A DNA stretch of 20,437 nt. Source: Candidatus Eiseniibacteriota bacterium (lineage in GTDB: Bacteria > ARS69). Positions 1 to 6,933 of the stretch are shown here, piece by piece. The notes beneath the pieces were generated by a model, which did not search any database, had not been told where the DNA came from, and worked only from the letters and a program-made list of their open reading frames with translations. Made by a program: the position numbers and the translations under genes. The DNA is taken from NCBI GenBank assembly GCA_052390515.1, contig JBQTGV010000022.1, positions 1-20,437 on the forward strand, written 5' to 3'. Within the stretch, counting starts at the first letter, position 1, and each line of letters starts with the position of its first letter.

Positions 1-2734
1 CGCGGAGGTGGCGATAAAAGGCCTCCATGAGCTGGGCCGTCGAGTCGTCCTGGACGGGCCAGAGGCTCACCACGAGGGTCCGGGCCCCGGCGTGCAGGAA
101 CCCCCGGGCCAGGCCGACCAGCTCGTCCCCGGCGCCGATCCAGTTTCGACCGCTCTGGCAGGCGCTGAGGCAAACCAAGCTCCCGGAGAGCCGCATGCCG
201 TACAGGTCGTAGAGGCTCATCCAGCCGTCGGCCAGACGGAGCGAAGAGAAGAAGGGGTCGTCCTCTCGGAAGACGGCGTGCGTCGCGACGTGAACCACGT
301 CGGCGTCCCTGGCTTCGCGGAGGAAGCGCGCCCGCGTGGCCTGCGGTCCGCTGAGCACGCGCCCCCGGCGGAACGTGCGCCGGACGCGTCGCACCTCCTC
401 GTCCACCTGCGGAATCGAGGGATCGCCGACGCCGACCGCGAGCACCCGGCTCTGCGCGGGAGAGACCCGGGGCCGGCCGTCCTCGTCGGTCAGGTAGCGC
501 TTCGCGCTGGCGCTGGGCAGCCAGGAGAAGGAGTGGCGCTCCACCAGCGGGCTGCCGTCCGCGCCGACCAGCGCGTGGAACGGCAACGAGTGCAGCGGAC
601 CGTGCGGCACCACCACGACCCGCTCGGAGGCGATCTCGAGCGGGGTCCAGAGCCGCTCCGCCAGGCGCGCGAGCTGCCGATCCAAGGAGCGGCGGAGCAC
701 CGCGTCGCGGGGGCGCACGTAGTCCTCACCGTAGCCCCACTTCTCCATCTGGAAGCGGAGCCGGGACATCAGCTCCGCGATCTCCGCGCGCCCGGCCTCC
801 AGCTCGACGACCCGCGTGTCCCGCCCGTCGATCACGAACGCCACGGTCCCGTGCTCGCTGACCCAGTACTCGACGAGCGTCGCGCCGGCGAGCCCCTCCC
901 GGACCTCGGCGAGCGTCGTCGTCTCGCCCGCGGTCAGCGCGCCGAGCGCGTCGTCCTTGGAGAGGAGCCGCGCCACCACGTCGGCGATCTCTTCCTCGCA
1001 GCGCTCGAGCTCCGCGCCGGAGCGTGAGAGCCGCGCTTCGTCGCGGCGGCCCTTGCGCGGCTCGGGGTCGAAGCCGGAGAGCCAGTTCAGCTCGGCGCGG
1101 AGCTTCTCGAGCCGGGCGAGGAGCTTCGCCACGCCGGGCTCGGCGCTGTCGCGCGCGCCGCTGAGGCGCCCCGCCAGCAGGTCCACCAGCGAGCGCGAGC
1201 GCGCGCGTTCCACGATCTCGAAGGCCTCGGCGATGCACTCGCGGCGCCCCCGCCGGAGCAGGACGTGCACGAGATCGGCGTAGACCGGCGCCTTGTCCTC
1301 GGCGAAGCCGATGCGGAACTCGTCGATGCCGATCCGGCCGCGGATCGCCTCGATGCGGTCGACGGCGCGGCGAAGGCGCCGCGTGGCCACGCCGAGCTGG
1401 CCCTGCTCCATCGCGATCTTCCCGGAGAGGTGCTCGATCCGCGCGAGGAGCCACGGCGCGTGCACGCGCCGCATCGCCGCCCGCGCGCGCTGCACTTCCG
1501 CGGCGGCCGCCTTCGCCCGACCGCGCTCGAGCTCGACGAAGCCGAGCCGCGTCCGCGCGGCCGCCTCGCGCAGCACGACTCCCTCGGAGGCGAAGACCCG
1601 GGCGGCGCCGGCGAGAAGCGCGGCGGCCTCGGGCAGCCGGCCCGCCCGTCGCTCCAGTTCCGCCAGATACAGCGCACACACCGACCCGGAGACCTCGTTG
1701 CCCTCCAGGCGGAAGGCGCGCTCCGCGTCCGCCAGGAACGTCGCGGCGTTGGACGCTTCGCCCAGGCCGATGCACGCGACCGCCTCGAAGAGCGCCGAGC
1801 GCGCCGCCTCCAGGCGGATGCCGTGGCGCTCGGCCAGGGATCGGGCCCGCCGCCCGAAGCTCAGCGCGCGCCGGAAGCTGTTCATCTCCACGAACAGCTC
1901 GGCCAGGTCGGTCAGGGTGAGGGTCAGGTAGTGGGCGTCGCCCAGCTCCTCGAACGTCGTGCGCGACGACTCCAGGCTCTTGTACGCGGTCTCGTACTCG
2001 CCGCGGAGCAGCGCGAGGTACCCGAGGCTGTACTCGGCGAAACCCGCGGTGCGCGTCTCGCCCACCTCCCGCGCTTCCCGCCCGACGTCCCGGTACAGCT
2101 TCTCGGCCGCCTCCATGCGGCCCAGGTTGGTCAGCACGTTCGCGCGGTTGAACTGGATCACGCGCAGCATGTCGGGATCGCCGACCTGCTTCGCGGTGCG
2201 CAGCGCGCGGTCGTACTGCGCCAGCGCCTCGACCGGCCGCTCGACGCGGTGGTGGATGCTGCCGAGGTTCGTCTCGAGGCGCGCCGCCTCCGGGAAGAGG
2301 CCCCGGCGAAGGAACACGGTGCGGGCCTTCTCGCCGAGGGCGAGTGCCTTCGCGTACTCGCCGAGGTACATGAGCGCGTTGATCCAGCCGATCGAGACCT
2401 TCGCCTCCTGCAGGCGGTCGCCGATCTCGCGATAGGCGTGCGCCGCCGCCTCGTAGCATTCGGCGGCTTCGCGGTTGCGCAGCACGCCGGCCAGGCCGTG
2501 GCCGCGCATCCACACCGTGCGCGCCTCGAGCCGCGGGTCCTCCGACGCCTCGGCGACGACGGCCGCGCGGTCCGCGATGGCGAGTGCGCGGCGCGCGTCG
2601 GTCCGCATCATGCGCAGCACCTCGGCGGCGAGCGGCTCGACGGCCTCGCGGATCTCGGCGAGCGATCTTCCGGCCACCGCCTTGCGGACCTGGTCGATGC
2701 TCTCCGCCTGCAGGATCTCCGCGGCAAGGGCCAT
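1..2734 (-). CDS. TPR-repeat / CHAT-domain (caspase HetF associated with TPRs, clan CD) cysteine protease, 3'-truncated by window edge
   Basis: Not in the ORF track (no stop in window). Translated by hand from ATG at 2734 (MALAAEILQAESIDQ...), 3 nt after the upstream stop. The same frame was confirmed at 1330, 625, 280 and 160 (about 911 codons). N-terminal TPR-like helices (ETNLGSIHHRVERPVEALAQYDRAL). CHAT motifs VVVPHGPLHSLPFHAL, DVVHVATHA (His codon 278-280), LVCLSACQSG (Cys codon 158-160) and GLARGFLHAGARTLVVSLWPV. Confidence 0.93.
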   Translation of the reverse strand, partial: MALAAEILQAESIDQVRKAVAGRSLAEIREAVEPLAAEVLRMMRTDARRALAIADRAAVVAEASEDPRLEARTVWMRGHGLAGVLRNREAAECYEAAAHAYREIGDRLQEAKVSIGWINALMYLGEYAKALALGEKARTVFLRRGLFPEAARLETNLGSIHHRVERPVEALAQYDRALRTAKQVGDPDMLRVIQFNRANVLTNLGRMEAAEKLYRDVGREAREVGETRTAGFAEYSLGYLALLRGEYETAYKSLESSRTTFEELGDAHYLTLTLTDLAELFVEMNSFRRALSFGRRARSLAERHGIRLEAARSALFEAVACIGLGEASNAATFLADAERAFRLEGNEVSGSVCALYLAELERRAGRLPEAAALLAGAARVFASEGVVLREAAARTRLGFVELERGRAKAAAAEVQRARAAMRRVHAPWLLARIEHLSGKIAMEQGQLGVATRRLRRAVDRIEAIRGRIGIDEFRIGFAEDKAPVYADLVHVLLRRGRRECIAEAFEIVERARSRSLVDLLAGRLSGARDSAEPGVAKLLARLEKLRAELNWLSGFDPEPRKGRRDEARLSRSGAELERCEEEIADVVARLLSKDDALGALTAGETTTLAEVREGLAGATLVEYWVSEHGTVAFVIDGRDTRVVELEAGRAEIAELMSRLRFQMEKWGYGEDYVRPRDAVLRRSLDRQLARLAERLWTPLEIASERVVVVPHGPLHSLPFHALVGADGSPLVERHSFSWLPSASAKRYLTDEDGRPRVSPAQSRVLAVGVGDPSIPQVDEEVRRVRRTFRRGRVLSGPQATRARFLREARDADVVHVATHAVFREDDPFFSSLRLADGWMSLYDLYGMRLSGSLVCLSACQSGRNWIGAGDELVGLARGFLHAGARTLVVSLWPVQDDSTAQLMEAFYRHLR

Positions 2735-2737
2735 GGA

Positions 2738-3349
2738 TCAGCGGCCCGGGACGCGGAAGACGCAGAGCGAACCGGCCGCGGCGAGCCGGATCTCCACGTC
2801 GTCGCCGGCCGGGACGACGCAGGAAAGCTCGCCGTCCGCGTCCGTTTCGCCCTCCGCCTGGACGCGCCCGCCCACCGCGACGAGGAAGCGCGCGCCCTCG
2901 ACCGACACGACCGGGGCGACGGAGGTGAGGAGCTGCGCGTTGAGGCGCAGGCGATCGCCCTCGGCTTCCAGGAGCACGTCGAGCTCCAGCCCGTTCGACT
3001 CGAAGCGCAGCCGGCGCGCCGCGGCGGGGGCGCGCGCGCCCGCGAAGGCCAGCTGGGGAGTGGCGAGCGTGTCGAAGAGCACCCGGGCGATCCGCTGCGG
3101 GAGCCCGCGCGCCCAGGCCGGCGGCGCGACATCTCGCCCAGGGGCGAACGCGTGCAACACCGCCCGCACCACCGCGGGCGAGGGCTCGAGCAGGCGGTCC
3201 CCGGCGAGCGCCTCCATCATGCGGCGCACGTCGCGTTCCGCCTCGCGGCAAGCGGCGCACGACGCGAGGTGCGCGTCGAGGCGCTCCCGCTCGGAAAGCG
3301 ATGCGGACTCCTGGATCCGCTCGATCCAGGCCTCGACGTCCGGATGCAT
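2738..3349 (-). CDS. Putative soluble anti-sigma factor: N-terminal zinc-binding HxxxCxxC (ZAS/zf-HC2-like) motif plus a C-terminal beta-rich domain
   Basis: Start reassigned to ATG 3349 (MHPDVEAW...), preceded by a strong SD (GGAGGTG). Motif HLASCAAC near the N-terminus. Directly downstream of an ECF sigma gene. No transmembrane segment evident. Confidence 0.75.
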   Translation of the reverse strand: MHPDVEAWIERIQESASLSERERLDAHLASCAACREAERDVRRMMEALAGDRLLEPSPAVVRAVLHAFAPGRDVAPPAWARGLPQRIARVLFDTLATPQLAFAGARAPAAARRLRFESNGLELDVLLEAEGDRLRLNAQLLTSVAPVVSVEGARFLVAVGGRVQAEGETDADGELSCVVPAGDDVEIRLAAAGSLCVFRVPGR

Positions 3350-3371
3350 GCTCGTCACCTCCGATCGTGGC

Positions 3372-3399
3372 ACAGACCCGTCCGGTCGGGGCGAGATAC
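3372..3399 (-). promoter_or_regulatory. Candidate ECF-dependent promoter (GTATCT-N16-GTCTGT) for the anti-sigma/CHAT genes
   Basis: Lies in the 99-bp gap between the sigma stop and the anti-sigma start. A near-identical bipartite motif recurs at 4230-4258. Confidence 0.45.
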
Positions 3400-3448
3400 C
3401 ACCCCGGCGCCGCGTCTGTCTTCGCTCTTGCCGGTGCTTGCGCATTCT

Positions 3449-4060
3449 CTACTCGTCGGACAGGGAGCGGAACTCGGTGAGCAGCTTCCGCAGGCAACGC
3501 AGGCGGGTGGGCCCCACCGAACCGATGGGGATACCCAGCTCCCGGGCGACGCTCTCGTAGCTCGACGACTTCCCCGCGCCCTCCGCCGGGTAGTACAGCA
3601 GCGTCAGCAGGCGGCGACAGGGCCCGCTCAGGCGTGAGAGCGCGATCCGGACGAGCTGCTGCTCTTCCAGCCGCGAGAGCGTCTCGCTCGGCAGATCGGC
3701 CGGATCCGCGATCGCGGCGGAGACCTCCGAGTCGAAGTTCTTGCGGCGCGCGGCGGCGTTGAGGGCGAGCCGTCGCGCCGTGGTCACGAGCCAGGCCCGG
3801 ACGCGCGACGGCTCCTTGAGGCTTCCCAGCCGCTCCGTCAGGCGGGTGAACGTGACCTGGAAGATCTCGTCCGCATCGGCCGGATCCAGGCCCATGCGAT
3901 ACGGGATCGTGTAGATCAGGCGGCGGTATCTCTCCACGAGCTCCGCCCAAGCGCGCTCGTCGCCTCCGGCGCAGCGTGCGACGAGGTCCGCGTCGGACAG
4001 GCGCTCTTCGCTGGAAGCCGTCGCGGCACGACGGGAACGCGCGCGGGAGCGGATCGGCAT
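3449..4060 (-). CDS. ECF (sigma-70 group 4) RNA polymerase sigma factor
   Basis: Region 2 (DERAWAELVERY...DADEIFQVTF...AWLVTTARR) and region 4 HTH (SYESVARELGIPIGSVGPTRLRCLRKL). Start placed at ATG 4060 because a TATAAT sits just upstream of it. Confidence 0.93.
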   Translation of the reverse strand: MPIRSRARSRRAATASSEERLSDADLVARCAGGDERAWAELVERYRRLIYTIPYRMGLDPADADEIFQVTFTRLTERLGSLKEPSRVRAWLVTTARRLALNAAARRKNFDSEVSAAIADPADLPSETLSRLEEQQLVRIALSRLSGPCRRLLTLLYYPAEGAGKSSSYESVARELGIPIGSVGPTRLRCLRKLLTEFRSLSDE

Positions 4061-4066
4061 CGGGGG

Positions 4067-4094
4067 ATTATATCCGGGGTCCGCAAAATACGAA
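4067..4094 (-). promoter_or_regulatory. Sigma-70-type promoter of the ECF gene, probably leaderless
   Basis: Perfect TATAAT (4067-4072) 6 nt upstream of ATG 4060. Weak -35 TTCGTA at 16-nt spacing. No SD present. Confidence 0.6.
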
Positions 4095-4229
4095 GGATGG
4101 ACGCGCCGGCCCGCATGCACGCCGGAAGGGCGGGCGCGCCGCTACCGGGAGCTTTCCCCCCACTCCCGCCTCTCTCGAGCGACGCGCACCGCACCAACCG
4201 GCGCTCACGCGGGCCGGCGCGACACACGG

Positions 4230-4258
4230 ACAGACTCGGAACCTGGACGGGAAAATAC
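4230..4258 (-). promoter_or_regulatory. Candidate ECF autoregulatory promoter (GTATTT-N17-GTCTGT)
   Basis: Same bipartite motif as 3372-3399, oriented toward the sigma gene, in intergenic DNA. Confidence 0.42.
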
Positions 4259-4366
4259 TTGGAGCCGGGCCGGAGCGAGGAGCTGTCCCGGAGCGAAAGG
4301 CGCAGGTCTCCCGGGGGGGACGGCTAACGACGCGATGGGAATCTTCGCGTCTTGCTCGAGCCCGGC

Positions 4367-6355
4367 TTACAAGAACCGCTCGAACCAGTCCACGATGCGC
4401 CGCAGCCGCTCCTCGCGGTTGCGCGGCTTGCCGACCCGCGAGAGGCCGTGGAACTCACCCTCGAAGCGGACGAGCTCGCAGGGGGCTTGGTCGAGGGTCT
4501 TCATGGCGATGAACAGCGCCTCCGCCTGCGCCACCGGACAGCGCAAGTCGCCCTCGGAGTGGAGGATCAGCATCGGAGTCTTGATGCTCTTCACGTAGGC
4601 ATAGGGCGAAGCGCGGAAGTAGAGCATCGGTTCGTCCCACGGCTCCTTGCCCCCGAAGTGGTGCCGGTCGAAGAACCCGAAGTCGCTGGAGCCCGCCTGG
4701 GTCGCCCAGTCGCAGAGCTGCCGCTCGCTCACGCCGGCCCGGTAGCGGTCCGAGTGCGACAGCGCCCAGGTGGTCATGAACCCACCGTAGCTGCCGCCGA
4801 GGATGCCCAGGCGCTTCGCGTCCACGTAGCTCTGCTTCGCCATGTGGCTCGTGAGCGCAGTCACATCGGCCCAGTCGTCGGTGCCCCAGCGCCCGTCGAT
4901 GACGTTGGCGAACTTCATGCCCCGGCCCGAGCTGCCCCTCGGATTGCAATACGCCACGACCCAACCCTTCGCGGCGAGCACGTGCATCTCGTGGAACCAC
5001 GTCTCACCGTACTGGGTCATCGGTCCGCCGTGCACCTCGATGAGGCAGGGGTACTTCCTGCCCTTCCGGAACGACGGCGGCTTGAGCACCCAGGCCTGGA
5101 TCTCGACGTCGCCGCTCCGGACGCGGAACTCCTCCGGCGCGTGGAATTTCAGAGGCCGGAAGAACGCGGCGGTGGCGTTGGTGAGCCGTTTCCTCTCGCC
5201 GCTGCCGTCGAGCCGCGCCATCCAGATCTCGCCCGTGTCCGCGGTCGTGACGGCGGTGCACGCCGCCACGGGCGAGGAGCCGTCGCCGGTGGAGAGCGTC
5301 AGCACGGTGACCTTCCCGTCGATCTCGGCCCGCGGCGGGCCGCCCTCCGCACCGACCGAGTAGATGCGGTAGCTGCCGTCCTCGTCGGAACCGAACGCGA
5401 CCCGCTCTTCGCCCGTCCGGTCCCGGTACACCTCCATCGCCGACCCGAAGCCGATCGTCGTGTCAGATCCGACCATGTTCATCGCCAAGCGGTCGTGCCC
5501 GGGATTCAGGATCCGGGCGCGGCCCTTCCCGGAAACCGGCCCGCGCCACACGCTGTGTTCGTGATAGAGCCACTCGCCGGAGCGGCCCTCGTATCCCAGC
5601 CAGTAGAGGTGCTTGGAGTCGAGGCTCCAGCGGACGTGCTCGCGCCAGCCGAGAGTGGACGTGACCTCGCGCACGTTCCGTCCGGATGCGTCCATCACGA
5701 AAACGCCGGAGAGGTCCGGGCAGCGGTCCCGGTCCGCGGCGCGGCCGGAGACGAACGCGATGTGTTTCCCGTCCGGGCTCCAGCTCGGCTCACGGTCGTG
5801 GTGATCGCCCTGGGTCAGAGCGACAGCCTTGCCGGTGCGAACCGCGACCTTCCAGATGGACCAGTACTCCTCGCCGAACCAGCCGAACCCGTCCTCCTTG
5901 TGGTGGAGGCGAGTGATGTGCCGGAACGTCGGCGCGGTCTTCCGCTCCGCCTCGGTCTTCTTCGGGACGGGGAAGTGCTGGAAGACGATCTCCTTGCCGT
6001 TCGGCGCCCAGCCGATGGACGACACCGCGCCACCGCCGAGCGAGGTGAGCTGCTGCGGCTCGCCACCCTCGAGCGACAGCAGCCAGATGTTGGACACGTC
6101 GCCGCGGTCCGACACGAACGCGATGTGCTTCCCGTCCGGGCTCCACACTGCCCCGCCGTCGGACACCTTGCCCCGCGTCAGCTGGCGCGCGTGACCGCCG
6201 CGTGCGGTCACGATCCACAGGTGGGAAACGTAGCGGTTCTCTTCGCGGTCCACGCGCTTCACCGTGAAGACGACGCTGCGCCCGTCCGGGGATAGCGCCG
6301 GAGCCGACGGCAGGATGAAGCGGTAGAGATCGTCGATCCGTACGCCCCGCGGCAT
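4367..6355 (-). CDS. S9 family (prolyl oligopeptidase / acylaminoacyl peptidase-like) serine peptidase
   Basis: N-terminal WD40-like/PD40 propeller repeats (WSPDGKHIAFVS). HGGP, nucleophile motif GGSYGG, and triad Asp (EGDLRC) and His (EFHGL). No signal peptide. Confidence 0.95.
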   Translation of the reverse strand: MPRGVRIDDLYRFILPSAPALSPDGRSVVFTVKRVDREENRYVSHLWIVTARGGHARQLTRGKVSDGGAVWSPDGKHIAFVSDRGDVSNIWLLSLEGGEPQQLTSLGGGAVSSIGWAPNGKEIVFQHFPVPKKTEAERKTAPTFRHITRLHHKEDGFGWFGEEYWSIWKVAVRTGKAVALTQGDHHDREPSWSPDGKHIAFVSGRAADRDRCPDLSGVFVMDASGRNVREVTSTLGWREHVRWSLDSKHLYWLGYEGRSGEWLYHEHSVWRGPVSGKGRARILNPGHDRLAMNMVGSDTTIGFGSAMEVYRDRTGEERVAFGSDEDGSYRIYSVGAEGGPPRAEIDGKVTVLTLSTGDGSSPVAACTAVTTADTGEIWMARLDGSGERKRLTNATAAFFRPLKFHAPEEFRVRSGDVEIQAWVLKPPSFRKGRKYPCLIEVHGGPMTQYGETWFHEMHVLAAKGWVVAYCNPRGSSGRGMKFANVIDGRWGTDDWADVTALTSHMAKQSYVDAKRLGILGGSYGGFMTTWALSHSDRYRAGVSERQLCDWATQAGSSDFGFFDRHHFGGKEPWDEPMLYFRASPYAYVKSIKTPMLILHSEGDLRCPVAQAEALFIAMKTLDQAPCELVRFEGEFHGLSRVGKPRNREERLRRIVDWFERFL

Positions 6356-6358
6356 CGG

Positions 6359-6883
6359 CTAGAAGAACCCGAGCGACGCGGTCAGCTTGAGCTCCGGGAG
6401 ATCGTCGAGGCCGAAGCGAAGCTCCAGTGCCCCGTTCTTGTACCCGCCCAGGTCCTTCTCCACGCCCACGAGGAGATTGAGCCCGATCTCGTTGAACGTG
6501 TCGTCCACGTCGAAGCCGGGCGGCGCGTCGATGTCCAGGTTGTAGAACGCGTAGCCGAGCCCGCCTCCGGCGAAGAACGTCACCGGCATGTTCACGTCGG
6601 TGAAGTGGTACGCGACGTCGCCGTTCAGCGCGAAGGTGAGCGCGTGATCACCGAAGCCGAGGTCGCCGTTCGTGCGAACGCGCACGCTCGGAGCGAGCTC
6701 GCCCCAGTCCCCGAAGAACCCGATCGTGAACTGGTCCGGGTCGGACGAGAAGCCGGCTCGCGGGCCGTAGTGGCTGAGGCCCAGCGCGGCCTCGCCCGGC
6801 GACGGCAGCGCCGCTCCCAGCAGCATCGCCGCCGCGACGATCGCGGCGCACCGACGGATGTCCCTCAACGCTTGCCCGATCAT
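6359..6883 (-). CDS. Small outer-membrane beta-barrel protein
   Basis: Start reassigned to ATG 6883 (SD GGGAGG). Signal-peptide-like N-terminus, alternating amphipathic strands (FFAGGGLGYAFY) and a C-terminal Phe (LTASLGFF). The upstream part of the tracked ORF overlaps the OmpA gene and is spurious. Confidence 0.8.
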   Translation of the reverse strand: MIGQALRDIRRCAAIVAAAMLLGAALPSPGEAALGLSHYGPRAGFSSDPDQFTIGFFGDWGELAPSVRVRTNGDLGFGDHALTFALNGDVAYHFTDVNMPVTFFAGGGLGYAFYNLDIDAPPGFDVDDTFNEIGLNLLVGVEKDLGGYKNGALELRFGLDDLPELKLTASLGFF

Positions 6884-6933
6884 GGATCCCTCCCGATGGA
6901 AATGCGCCGCGGCGCCTCGCCGCGGCGGTGACT

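Noticed and set aside
726-3950. 1074-aa minus-strand ORF and the plus-strand ORFs 8..1027 and 1265..3637
   Set aside because: Low-complexity Arg/Gly/Ala/Pro shadow frames or antisense frames of the real CHAT, anti-sigma and sigma genes; typical of high-GC DNA.
4329-4351. Hairpin after the S9 peptidase gene as an intrinsic terminator
   Set aside because: Only a 7-bp stem with a large loop and no convincing U-tract.
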